Shown: positions 18,910 to 27,971 of the stretch, piece by piece
Layout: each line of letters begins with the position of its first letter
Numbering within the stretch: the stretch's first letter is position 1
Virus record (IMG/VR): IMGVR_UViG_3300027653_000018
Coordinates: 1 to 46,748 of that record
Source: a virus
Lineage: Duplodnaviria; Caudoviricetes
DNA: 46,748 nucleotides
Strand: one strand, 5' to 3'
Made by a program: the position numbers and the translations under genes
The notes under the pieces: model-generated
Databases searched by the model: none
Seen by the model: only the letters and a program-made list of their open reading frames with translations
What the model was told of the DNA's origin: nothing

Positions 18910-19725
18910 TTAAGTGAACAAATTAATACCTTCGGCATCTAATTCTGTTTTAGAAAATCCGAAATTATCAATATCATATTTCCTTTGCTTCATTTTAGTA
19001 ACCCATTTTTTAGCATCAGCATATATTTTTCGGTCAATTTCAAAACCATAAGCTTTTCTATTTAATTCATTCGCCGCTACTAATGTACTTCCAGAACCAG
19101 CACAAGGGTCAATAACAACATCTCCCTCATCTGTAAATATTTCTATAAGTTTTTTTAATAATTTAACAGGCTTTTGTGTCGGGTGTATTTTATCATACAA
19201 ATTTGGGTCATCTCTTTCCCAATCAATGCAATTGAAAATCATTTTCCCATTATTATTGAATTTCGGTAATTTATTGCGATAAAAAATAAGACCATATTCG
19301 CAGTTCCCGACAACCTTCATGTTGGCTTTTAAGACCTGCGCTGAAAAGTTCTTCCTAAAAACTAAATTTATATAATTATTTAAACCATACCTTTTAGCTA
19401 ATTCAATTAGATACATTTGCTGGTCGAATGCACAAAATACAATCATACAAGGTGCTTGCCCTCGTTCTTTAGGTTCTTTTTTAAGAAGCCTGCTACAGAA
19501 ATGCATAAATTCAGCGGGTTTAAAGTTTTCATCAGTATTAAAGAATGATTTACCAGCTAATTCGCTTTCACCGTTTTTATTATCCCCATCCTCATACCAA
19601 GCGGGATTCGAAGCATAGGCATTATTTCCTAAATTATAAGGAATATCGGCAATTAAAAGTTGACATTTCGGTATGTTATACCTTTTATAGTTCTGAAAGT
19701 TATCTCTATATAAATTTATTTCCAT
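18910..19725 (-). CDS. DNA N6-adenine/N4-cytosine methyltransferase (beta class)
   Basis: DIPY catalytic motif, HPTQKP, DPCAGSGST SAM-binding motif. Confidence 0.9.
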   Translation of the reverse strand: MEINLYRDNFQNYKRYNIPKCQLLIADIPYNLGNNAYASNPAWYEDGDNKNGESELAGKSFFNTDENFKPAEFMHFCSRLLKKEPKERGQAPCMIVFCAFDQQMYLIELAKRYGLNNYINLVFRKNFSAQVLKANMKVVGNCEYGLIFYRNKLPKFNNNGKMIFNCIDWERDDPNLYDKIHPTQKPVKLLKKLIEIFTDEGDVVIDPCAGSGSTLVAANELNRKAYGFEIDRKIYADAKKWVTKMKQRKYDIDNFGFSKTELDAEGINLFT

Positions 19726-19745
19726 AATTTTTTATTTTATCTAAA

Positions 19746-20813
19746 TTATACCTTAAAAGGCATTACTAAATGTTTATCTAAATCGTTTGGTTTTATTAAA
19801 ATTGCTCTTTCTGGACTAGAATAATATATATAAATATAATCCTCTTGTATACTATTTAATACATTACTCATATATGTGTTAATAAATCCAAATGTAATAT
19901 CTTTACCTTCTTTCTTATCAATCCTAATTTCCTCTATTCCCTGCAATTTCTTGTCCTCATTGTTACTTTCTAAATATAGCGTATTGTCTTTAATTGTAGC
20001 TTTTATACGCTCCTCCATAAATAATTCAACTTTATTTATTGCTCTTTTAAATTCAGATTTATTAATTCTTATATAATCTTCATTTCTTGGAATAACCGAA
20101 TAATATGGTGGAGTTTTCCCTTCTATTTTAATAATTTCTATTTCTGTATTTTCAGACTTAAAATAAACCTTTCTTTCATCTTGCATAACTTCAACTAAAG
20201 AATTGTCTAAAGAAAAGATATTACTTGTAATCTCTTTAGATAAGACAAATGATTCCTTCTCCACTACTGCTTCTATATCGCAATTTGTAAGGCTTAATTC
20301 ATACCCACTCGTAGTAATATTGTTTAATTTATCTTCCACAATTTCAAAATACACTCCTGTCATTATTGGTCTCAATTCATCTTTCCCAATTGTATTTTTA
20401 ACTTTTATAATATTTTCTTTTAATTTCGCTCCTGATATTGAAAACAACTTCTCTGCTCCATTACTATCAAGTGTTGGAAATTCTCCTATAAAACAAGGAA
20501 TTAAATATTCCCCATTATTTGTTATTAAAGTAAGTTTATCCTCTCCAAAGGATAAATTAACTTCATCATCTTCAATAATATTAATAAGCTTGACTAACCT
20601 TTTAGACTTTACAATACTATTCACCTCTTTATTGCTTTCTGCTTTGCAAACTTTGGTTTTTATAGACGCTGGCGCATCAGAAGCATATAGGTATAAATAA
20701 CTGTTTTCGGTTTTTAAATAGACGTGATTAAATATCTCTACTAAAGAATTATTGCCTGTAAAATTCTTAACTCTTTGTAATGCTCTTTTCAGAACTTCTG
20801 TTTTTATTTTCAT
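19746..20813 (-). CDS. dnaN: DNA polymerase III beta sliding clamp
   Basis: DELRPIMTGVYF, IEGKTPPYYSVIP, LVMPF C-terminus; start MKIKTE at 20813. Confidence 0.88.
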   Translation of the reverse strand: MKIKTEVLKRALQRVKNFTGNNSLVEIFNHVYLKTENSYLYLYASDAPASIKTKVCKAESNKEVNSIVKSKRLVKLINIIEDDEVNLSFGEDKLTLITNNGEYLIPCFIGEFPTLDSNGAEKLFSISGAKLKENIIKVKNTIGKDELRPIMTGVYFEIVEDKLNNITTSGYELSLTNCDIEAVVEKESFVLSKEITSNIFSLDNSLVEVMQDERKVYFKSENTEIEIIKIEGKTPPYYSVIPRNEDYIRINKSEFKRAINKVELFMEERIKATIKDNTLYLESNNEDKKLQGIEEIRIDKKEGKDITFGFINTYMSNVLNSIQEDYIYIYYSSPERAILIKPNDLDKHLVMPFKV

Positions 20814-20866
20814 AATTTTTATTTTTTTTTGTAAAAATAATTTATCTTTTAATTCACTTAAAATAA

Positions 20867-21508
20867 CTACGGTACTGCGCACTTGAATATATGTCTTGGG
20901 TTCCAATAGCTAGGTCTCAATCCATAAGGTATACCTGTTTTACAGGGCACTGAACGCATCAATTTATTGTTATGTCCACGAATACTCCAATCCTCTGGCC
21001 ATTCTTTTACTTCCCATTTCAACACCTGACCCCAGCCATCACCAGTGTTCTTACCTATAGCTGTACTGAATTGCAATAGCTCCATAATCTTATCTGGAAC
21101 CCCTACACAATACCACTCTACATACTCCGCAAAACGGTAATACATTTTGATGTGGTATGCTTTATGTTTACCTCTCTGCACATCTATTTTTTTAACCTTA
21201 TCGATAAGATAGTCAGAATGCCTAAGCCAATCTCCTGACTTTACTTTAAAACTACTGTCCTCTACCATTTTTTCTGGCCATTGGGCAAAACTGCAATGGT
21301 AAAACCAAGTGTCATCTTTACGCCCTCCCTTCTTTATAGGCAACAGTGGCACAGTAGCTTCTCTCACTGTACTTTCACCGGGTTTACTAATAACCTCCTC
21401 ACCTAAATGCCTTCGCACATGATGATAATATAAAATAGCATCTAAGGGTAGGTGCTTGTCCGATATTATTGGCGTTTGTAAATACGCTCTTATTCTTAAT
21501 TGTTTCAT
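20867..21508 (-). CDS. csf3: Type IV CRISPR-associated Csf3 (Cas5-like RAMP)
   Basis: LRIRAYLQTPI..PLDAIL N-terminus; Gly loop IGKNTGDGWGQV; RPSYW tail. Confidence 0.8.
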   Translation of the reverse strand: MKQLRIRAYLQTPIISDKHLPLDAILYYHHVRRHLGEEVISKPGESTVREATVPLLPIKKGGRKDDTWFYHCSFAQWPEKMVEDSSFKVKSGDWLRHSDYLIDKVKKIDVQRGKHKAYHIKMYYRFAEYVEWYCVGVPDKIMELLQFSTAIGKNTGDGWGQVLKWEVKEWPEDWSIRGHNNKLMRSVPCKTGIPYGLRPSYWNPRHIFKCAVP

Positions 21509-21509
21509 T

Positions 21510-22178
21510 TTAGTTAGATATTTCTGGAAATTTTAATAATAGTTTTTGGTATGCGGTAAAATCCCTTGCTTTTAAATCGCTTAAAAATTGTTCTCTAATT
21601 CCAAAATCTTCTCTAGGAATTCGTGAAGCTGTTCTGCTTTTTATCCCATTTATTTTATAACTATTTAGCATAGGTAAACTATTGGCGAATGCATAAGTGG
21701 CTACATCTTTATCAGTCCATTCAGCTAGTGGACTAATTCTTACTAATCCTGCTTTATTCTTATAGAATAACCCATGCGTCTTTAATGTAATTCTTCTTGC
21801 TGTAGACTCCTGCATCCTCAATCCAACAAAAAAAGCATCATATTCTTTACCTACATCATATCTATCTTTTCTTTTGTCAGATAAAGAAATTCGGCACATC
21901 TCAATCTGCTCTAGGTTTATATTACCCCATTGACTTATAACTTCATCATAATTATCTATATGCTCCGTTTCCCCCTCCCACCTAATAAACCTCACTTTTA
22001 TATTTGGTCTAATTTCTCGAACAAGGTGCAACATCACCGCACTGTCTTTTCCAAATGAACAAGCCACATAGGGTTTGTCTACTTTATCTAAAGCCCACCT
22101 AATAAAGCCCCTTGTTTTCTCCACAAGGGCTTTATATGGTTTTAACTGTGCATAAATCATTGCCGTTTTTCTATCCAT
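21510..22178 (-). CDS. cysH: CysH-like PAPS-reductase-family protein of the type IV-B module
   Basis: SFGKDS PP-loop, VGLRMQES..R, PLAEWTDKDV. Confidence 0.85.
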   Translation of the reverse strand: MDRKTAMIYAQLKPYKALVEKTRGFIRWALDKVDKPYVACSFGKDSAVMLHLVREIRPNIKVRFIRWEGETEHIDNYDEVISQWGNINLEQIEMCRISLSDKRKDRYDVGKEYDAFFVGLRMQESTARRITLKTHGLFYKNKAGLVRISPLAEWTDKDVATYAFANSLPMLNSYKINGIKSRTASRIPREDFGIREQFLSDLKARDFTAYQKLLLKFPEISN

Positions 22179-23089
22179 TATTCAAACAAAGATTTTGATA
22201 TTCCTTTTTCAAAATAATCACTTACATCTTTTTTAGCGCCTTTATAAATATCCATATACTTCACAAAATCTTCATTCTGGAAATCAAGCTCGCTATCTAT
22301 CACCTTTGTTTCTTTTATCTCCAACTTTATTGCTCCATGCCCTACACGCCCATTGCCTCCCACCTGACTGTTTTGTTCTACCCATGTGTTTAAGGTTGAA
22401 AGAAAAGCACCTGTTTCTACATCATTTGTATCTTTAAGACAAATACGCCAATAGAACTTTGTACCCGCAACAATAGTTTCAGTGTCGTACTTCATCTGAA
22501 CAGGATTAGCTTTTTTTGCAGTATCATCATCATCTTGCAAAAATTCTTTCTTGACTTCATCTTTTGCATCATCCTTGCGGGTGTACATTTCAAGTTGGCA
22601 ATATTCCCAAATACTTTTGGGCTCTTCTGTATAAACATTGTGATATTGCTCTGGTATTAAGTGTAACGTTTCTTTAGCGATTGGAATTAATTTACCTATT
22701 TCAACCTTACCTGGTATAATAACATTGCCCACGCTACCTCCTAAAACGCTAAGCATAGGCATATCTTTTCTCATCTGCCTAACCTTCTCTATATTTATAC
22801 CGCTAGAACCTTTACTCTCTAAGCTTCCACCTGTAAATAGCAAATTAAAACTATCCGCATCTACCTTTATTTTTGTTCCATCTTGTTTAGATAAAATTTC
22901 GATGGCAGCAATATCTCTTAATTTTCCACGTACACTATTACCTGAAATAACAGGTATTTCAATTGGTTTCCCGTTTTTTTGTATAAATTTCTCTCTGCGT
23001 AATTGAGTTACTGTACCGTTCTTTTCTCCTCCATTGTGCGTTATTGAAGATAAGGCAGTTACTATGCCTTCTAAAATGTATGTTTTCAT
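22178..23089 (-). CDS. csf2: Type IV CRISPR-associated Csf2 (Cas7-like backbone)
   Basis: ALSSITHNG, IPVISGNSVRGKLRD, LFTGGSL, VGGNGRVGHG Gly loop. Confidence 0.88.
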   Translation of the reverse strand: MKTYILEGIVTALSSITHNGGEKNGTVTQLRREKFIQKNGKPIEIPVISGNSVRGKLRDIAAIEILSKQDGTKIKVDADSFNLLFTGGSLESKGSSGINIEKVRQMRKDMPMLSVLGGSVGNVIIPGKVEIGKLIPIAKETLHLIPEQYHNVYTEEPKSIWEYCQLEMYTRKDDAKDEVKKEFLQDDDDTAKKANPVQMKYDTETIVAGTKFYWRICLKDTNDVETGAFLSTLNTWVEQNSQVGGNGRVGHGAIKLEIKETKVIDSELDFQNEDFVKYMDIYKGAKKDVSDYFEKGISKSLFE

Positions 23090-23091
23090 TT

Positions 23092-23460
23092 TTAATCGTT
23101 TTTATTGTTTTCAATTTCTTTAAAATCTTCTTTTCTCTGTTGGTTTCGTAACCTAACAAGCATCATCATATAAGTGCTTTCTGTTCGCAACCAATTCAAA
23201 ATCTCCTCATCTTGATTTGTGTCTACTACTTTCTTAATATCTTTGACATACTGCGCCTGTAAATCTAAAGGAATACGTCTTTGGAATAATGATAAAAAAC
23301 CTTTTAGGCTACCTGTGTATGATGCGGATTTTATAGCATTTTCAAAATGTTCCCAAATATCACGGGGGTATTTCATTTTATAGTCCTCGTGAATACTTCG
23401 CCATAAACCCCATAACAACAGGTCGGCTACTTCTTCTTGTGATAATTGTTTGTTCAACAT
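23092..23460 (-). CDS. cas11: Type IV-B small subunit (Cas11-like)
   Basis: 122 aa helical protein between csf1 and csf2; WEHFENAIKSA. Confidence 0.6.
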   Translation of the reverse strand: MLNKQLSQEEVADLLLWGLWRSIHEDYKMKYPRDIWEHFENAIKSASYTGSLKGFLSLFQRRIPLDLQAQYVKDIKKVVDTNQDEEILNWLRTESTYMMMLVRLRNQQRKEDFKEIENNKND

Positions 23461-23468
23461 AATTGTAT

Positions 23469-24149
23469 TTATTTATTGTTAGAAAATAGCATCCAGCTTG
23501 CAAAATCAAACATTGGTTTGCCCCGATGCTCTTTAATTTTATCTTCGTTTATCCTCCAAATTTCAAAGCCGTTTTTGGCGATAAAATTTGGATTATAGTC
23601 TCCGTTAATGATAGATGTCTGTGTAAATCCTGCATGTAATAAGTTTTGCATGGTACTGTGTAAAAATTGCAAATATTCTATATCTGGATAAATAAACAAT
23701 TCATCTAGTTGCCACATACCAATTTTGTGTTTAAATAAGATGTGTTTTTGTCCAGTATCCGTAAGACATACCAATTCAGCGCCATTACATATCATATCGT
23801 ATATTTCTTTCTTGTTTGCTTTTGTCATACAATACCATTCTCCATTATATATTATATGGGAGTAGGTTCTGAATCTTTGCGGTTTTTCTTTTTTTACTTT
23901 ATTCTGAATTTCTGCGCTGGATTCATCAAAGCAAAATAGCGCTTCATTGCTAATAATATCACCAGGTAGTAGGTATGCATGGTCTGTAAATGTTGGTCTT
24001 ACCCATTTTTTAAAGCTAACACCATAAGCTTCGTTGCCTGTTATTCTGCACATCCCCAATTCCTTACCATAAATTGGTCTTGATGATAAGCTATATATTA
24101 ATTGACAAGGGTGTATAGCATGTAATATATCATTTGTACTTTTGTTCAT
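23469..24149 (-). CDS. csf1: Type IV Csf1 (Cas8-like large subunit)
   Basis: CRITG...PTFTD..L, QKH motif; first gene of the operon. Confidence 0.65.
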   Translation of the reverse strand: MNKSTNDILHAIHPCQLIYSLSSRPIYGKELGMCRITGNEAYGVSFKKWVRPTFTDHAYLLPGDIISNEALFCFDESSAEIQNKVKKEKPQRFRTYSHIIYNGEWYCMTKANKKEIYDMICNGAELVCLTDTGQKHILFKHKIGMWQLDELFIYPDIEYLQFLHSTMQNLLHAGFTQTSIINGDYNPNFIAKNGFEIWRINEDKIKEHRGKPMFDFASWMLFSNNK

Positions 24150-24178
24150 AATTTTTTGTAAAAATAAGTTTTTAAAAT

Positions 24179-24400
24179 CTAATAGCCAAAATTTTCTATC
24201 CTTTCTTTTATTCTAATTATCCATTCTTTATGCAAATCTAAAGTCTCCCTATCATTACCTAACTTATGCATATTTAGGTCAATAAAATCAAAATGATACT
24301 TTAATTGCCTATCTACCTTTGTCATTAATATCTTTCCTGTATTCAATCTCTTTGGAATATCTGCATTGATATACCATTCTTTTAATTCGCTATATAACAT
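24179..24400 (-). CDS. Hypothetical protein
   Basis: 73 aa coupled ORF. Confidence 0.55.
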   Translation of the reverse strand: MLYSELKEWYINADIPKRLNTGKILMTKVDRQLKYHFDFIDLNMHKLGNDRETLDLHKEWIIRIKERIENFGY

Positions 24401-24623
24401 ATTTATCTTTATTTACATAACATTCAAATCCTAATTTAGTTAATCTTTTTAACCAAACTTTTTGAAGCGGTGATAATCTATCCCATTTTTCTTTGGATTC
24501 AACAAATACAACGTGGTTCGGTTTAAGGCAAATAAGGTCGGGAAGTCCTATTGGTGAGATTACTATAAGATTAATAACGAAATAATTTTTAGACTTCCAA
24601 TATTTTATTAATTTACTTTGCAT
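24390..24623 (-). CDS. VRR-NUC family nuclease
   Basis: GLPDL...FVESK...LSPLQ PD-(D/E)xK motif; start uncertain. Confidence 0.8.
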   Translation of the reverse strand: MQSKLIKYWKSKNYFVINLIVISPIGLPDLICLKPNHVVFVESKEKWDRLSPLQKVWLKRLTKLGFECYVNKDKYVI

Positions 24624-25842
24624 ATTTTTTAAACTCTTTTGTATTAAAGTCTTTCTTTTGTGATACCGTATTATAAACATCCTCCATTATACCACCCTCT
24701 TCAAATATGAAATATATTTCCATTGATTCTCTGCCTCTAACTGTTATCCTATCTATACTTTGTGTGAAGTCCTTTCCCGAAAAACCAAAATTTAAAAACA
24801 CTAAATAATCTGCCTTACCTAAATTCACTCCTTCTGTCGTTCTTTGCTGTAATGCAATATTCTTATCTGTATTATTAAATTCTTCTAAATCCTCTGTTAT
24901 TTCATCTCCAAACACTTCTTTTAACATCTCCAATTCTTTTCTAAAATAATACATTATAGCAATTTTACTTCCTTGAAATCTTTCTTTAATTAATCTTGCC
25001 TTGTAGTCTGATAATATAATTGCTTTTGTCTCTCCAAAATCATCTTCAACCATCACTGTTCCGTTATAAATCTGGTGCAACTTTCCTAATAATTTCGCTG
25101 GCGTTTCACCCATTATATAAAATTCTTTCCCTACAACTGTCTTATACTTCTTTAAATCATTAGCTATTCTTTCAATTAATCTCGGCATTGGCGTTCTTAA
25201 TTTTCTAACTTTAATATCTCCAAACATTTCCTCATTCTTTTTAAGAGTAATAATATATTTAGATAAAGCTTTATTAATTAATTCTTCCCTTGCTTCGCTA
25301 TAATCATTTATAGTATGCGTTCCAATCCTCTTCTGTTTCTTATTTACATAAATATCCGCAAATCTATAAAAGTTCTTAAATTCAGAAAACGGTGATTTTA
25401 AACTTACATAAAATTGATGAAAATATTGTGAAAGGCTTTCAATCGCTGGCGTTCCTGACATTAATAAACAAGGTAAATCTTTATATTTACTTCTTAAATA
25501 CTTTGCAGTCTTATTAGGTTTAGGATATGAACCTAAAACATGCGCTTCATCATAAATTATAAAATCTGGATTAAATTCCACTTTATGAACACTTTCATAA
25601 TTTATCACTTCTAAATTATATTTAAATCCTGTTGCTTCAAAATCCTTCTGGATTGAACTTATTGACTTCTTCCTTGTTAGAAATAATACATTCTTAAATC
25701 CTAATTCATTGACTGTAAACAACACCGTAAATGTCTTTCCACTTCTCGGTTCTCCAAATAAATAACAAATTCCATACTCTTTTATTACTTTCTTTACCTC
25801 TTCTTTTGCCTTAATTTGTGAATCATCTAAAATAATATTCAT
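24613..25842 (-). CDS. SF2 (SNF2/DEAH-like) helicase
   Basis: PRSGKT, IYDEAH, MSGTP, EGVNL, QSIDRI. Confidence 0.88.
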   Translation of the reverse strand: MNIILDDSQIKAKEEVKKVIKEYGICYLFGEPRSGKTFTVLFTVNELGFKNVLFLTRKKSISSIQKDFEATGFKYNLEVINYESVHKVEFNPDFIIYDEAHVLGSYPKPNKTAKYLRSKYKDLPCLLMSGTPAIESLSQYFHQFYVSLKSPFSEFKNFYRFADIYVNKKQKRIGTHTINDYSEAREELINKALSKYIITLKKNEEMFGDIKVRKLRTPMPRLIERIANDLKKYKTVVGKEFYIMGETPAKLLGKLHQIYNGTVMVEDDFGETKAIILSDYKARLIKERFQGSKIAIMYYFRKELEMLKEVFGDEITEDLEEFNNTDKNIALQQRTTEGVNLGKADYLVFLNFGFSGKDFTQSIDRITVRGRESMEIYFIFEEGGIMEDVYNTVSQKKDFNTKEFKKYAK

Positions 25843-26179
25843 GCACTAATTTATTTTTTAAAAGTTCTTTATTAAAATATGTATCTCCTTCCGAATTATT
25901 ATCTATATAAGACACATGCCATTCATTTATGTAATCTTTATATTTCTCATATGTTTTAGCTCCACCGATTACCCAATCTACATCTAAAATAAATCCATTT
26001 CTTTTATCTAAAATAACTTCCCTGTCTTCTAAAATTGGTAAGTTTACAAACGTATTAAAACCTGCTAATAATCTTGGTTTTCTTCCATTTACCTTTTCTG
26101 TAGTTAATTTCCTGAATAGCTTTAAATCCTCTGGACAGTTCCATATTAATTTGTTATTTACTGCTACTATTGCTTTCAT
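25823..26179 (-). CDS. folA: Dihydrofolate reductase, compact and divergent
   Basis: IVAVN..LIWNCPEDLKLFRKLT, WVIGGAKTY, GDTYF. Confidence 0.75.
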   Translation of the reverse strand: MKAIVAVNNKLIWNCPEDLKLFRKLTTEKVNGRKPRLLAGFNTFVNLPILEDREVILDKRNGFILDVDWVIGGAKTYEKYKDYINEWHVSYIDNNSEGDTYFNKELLKNKLVHEYYFR

Positions 26180-26197
26180 TTTATTTACATTTCGTTG

Positions 26198-26527
26198 TTA
26201 TATGCCATTTAAATCAATCATTTCTAAACATGAATATTCAGCTAAACCACTTGGCGTATATTCTTGAATATATAAAGTTCTATTGCTTATATGTAGATTT
26301 AAATCATCTATTTTTACATTGTGTTTTAACGCTAATTCCGAAAAAAAACGGCTTATAACACTACCTATACGATTTTCTTTAACCTCACTTATCACTATAT
26401 CTAAAGCTTCTGTCAGTTTTTTAGGCTCGTGAATCATATCCTCTCTTTTTCCAAGCCTCCACTCCTGATGATATTCAAGTATTTCTATTGCTGTTTGTAA
26501 TTCCATTTTTTTATTTATTTTCCCCAT
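26198..26527 (-). CDS. Cassette-borne hypothetical protein (intact copy)
   Basis: Stop within GTTA; crosses the inverse core at ..GSVISRF. Confidence 0.7.
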   Translation of the reverse strand: MGKINKKMELQTAIEILEYHQEWRLGKREDMIHEPKKLTEALDIVISEVKENRIGSVISRFFSELALKHNVKIDDLNLHISNRTLYIQEYTPSGLAEYSCLEMIDLNGI

Positions 26528-26579
26528 TTCATATTTATTGTATACCCGCTATAAAGTAGCGGGTATAAGTAAGTTGTGT
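26350..26579 (+). repeat. attC-like site whose right arm is the palindromic element (copy 2, loop inverted)
   Basis: ggcttatAAC-actacctatac ... gtataagtaa-GTTgtgt. Confidence 0.6.
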
Positions 26580-26595
26580 GCAATACCCCACCGCA

Positions 26596-27261
26596 CTAAA
26601 ACGGCAGTTTATTTTTATTATATTTAAAGTCATATTTCGGCTTCTTTTTTGGCAAATAATCACGCCAATCAAAATGCCTAAAAACAAATATCGCATTGCC
26701 AATTATTACAAGAGGTGTTCTCTTATGTGTAGGACTTCCAGTTCGCCCCAATTCCTTCAAAAATGTTTTCCTGTCAAATAATAAGAACAACCATAACGCA
26801 CACTCTTTGCCAAGTCTATATTTTGGGGCTTTATGGTGTATGTAGCCTTCAATAATTGGCAATGCTTCACCATCAAATAATGGCTCATACTTGTACATTC
26901 TTTCAACAGGACTATGGAAGTACCATTTACCAAGTTTGTATTTATCAAGCCTTGTCCAAAATTCTTCATACACACCAGTTCCTAAACAACTCCAACAAGT
27001 TTCAGGCATTTTCCAATCGCTCTTAAAAACACCTGTACTATCGCAACTCCAACAGTCTTTTTTTATGTGCTGAATATCAGTGCCTACTTTTGTTGCATAC
27101 TTTTTTAATAGGTGTGTTTTTAACTCATAGAACTCTGATTTTGCCAAAAAAGGAATATCCCGATTAGCATTGTGCAGTAGCCAACCCACAAAGTACTGCA
27201 CACAACAACGTATAAAAAACAGTGGGCTGTATCGTGCTGATTTTAAAGTGTTTTGTTTCAT
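26596..27261 (-). CDS. Cassette-borne protein with a DnaJ-like zinc finger
   Basis: CWSCDSTG and CWSCLGTG. Confidence 0.7.
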   Translation of the reverse strand: MKQNTLKSARYSPLFFIRCCVQYFVGWLLHNANRDIPFLAKSEFYELKTHLLKKYATKVGTDIQHIKKDCWSCDSTGVFKSDWKMPETCWSCLGTGVYEEFWTRLDKYKLGKWYFHSPVERMYKYEPLFDGEALPIIEGYIHHKAPKYRLGKECALWLFLLFDRKTFLKELGRTGSPTHKRTPLVIIGNAIFVFRHFDWRDYLPKKKPKYDFKYNKNKLPF

Positions 27262-27333
27262 ATCTTATTTAGTTGTGGTGGACAGGTAAGTGCTTCTATC
27301 TGCCACCGATTTTTTATACTCGGAACGTTGTAG
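27197..27333 (+). repeat. attC-like site
   Basis: tgcacacAAC-aacgtataaaaaacagtgg ... ccaccgattttttatac-tcggaac-GTTgtag. Confidence 0.85.
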
Positions 27334-27337
27334 GCAA

Positions 27338-27586
27338 TTAGTTTGCCTGCTTAGTGCATTTACAAGGCTTCCCACCATACTCATCAATGTACACTTCCAA
27401 TCCTTGGCAATTAGGGCAAACTAACTGTTCGCTTTGCCCTACAACAACAGGTTGGCAAAATAATTTTACTTGCTCCTGCGCATATTCTTCCATTGCTTTC
27501 AACACTGCATCGTGTAACGGAGAGCCTTCATTTATATTAAGCGTTCTCTTTGTAGCTTCTTTCAATATTTCTTCCTTTGTTTTCAT
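27338..27586 (-). CDS. Cassette-borne small zinc-ribbon protein
   Basis: VVGQSEQLVC junction followed by CPNC...CKC. Confidence 0.7.
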   Translation of the reverse strand: MKTKEEILKEATKRTLNINEGSPLHDAVLKAMEEYAQEQVKLFCQPVVVGQSEQLVCPNCQGLEVYIDEYGGKPCKCTKQAN

Positions 27587-27615
27587 AATTTATTATAATT
27601 AAATTGTAATTAAAA

Positions 27616-27702
27616 ATTGCCCGTGAGAATCGAACTCACCTCATCCTGCCGTAAATTGTAGTGCGCATCTACAAAGTGCATTATCCCGCCGATTAGGGCA
27701 AC
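27616..27702 (-). tRNA. Degenerate tRNA-like element
   Basis: Acceptor GTTGCCC/GGGCAAT, T-arm GTGAG-TTCGATT-CTCAC, stem TTGTAG-ATGCGCA-CTACAA; weak D arm, no CCA. Confidence 0.5.
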
Positions 27703-27719
27703 TTTTCATATACTTAACA

Positions 27720-27914
27720 TTAGCCGCAAGCCTGATTACACTTCCGATAAAACTGTTCTAATCCCCAACTTATAATTGCATCTTCACATTCGATAAACCA
27801 AAGACCGTCTTTCCAACTGAAATAAACGTGCATACAAGTTCTATTGTAATAGGCTAATTTATCGCCGACCTTTACATTTGGTCTTTGAAATAAATATCTA
27901 AATAGTTTTTTCAT
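27720..27914 (-). CDS. Cassette-borne hypothetical protein
   Basis: 64 aa; starts just after palindromic element copy 3. Confidence 0.6.
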   Translation of the reverse strand: MKKLFRYLFQRPNVKVGDKLAYYNRTCMHVYFSWKDGLWFIECEDAIISWGLEQFYRKCNQACG

Positions 27915-27927
27915 TTCATATTTATTG

Positions 27928-27966
27928 TATACCCGCTACTTTATAGCGGGTATAAGTAAGTTAGCA
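27928..27966. repeat. Palindromic element, copy 3
   Basis: tatacccgcta-cttta-tagcgggtata-agtaa-GTTagca. Confidence 0.85.
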
Positions 27967-27971
27967 GAAAC

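Noticed and set aside
21510-22178. CysH as an auxiliary sulfate-assimilation gene
   Set aside because: It is embedded between csf2 and csf3 with no other cys genes, which fits the type IV-B accessory role
20700-24400. CRISPR array or mini-array near the Cas operon
   Set aside because: The flanks are only about 30-55 bp of AT-rich sequence, and I saw no regularly spaced repeat-spacer units here or elsewhere by eye
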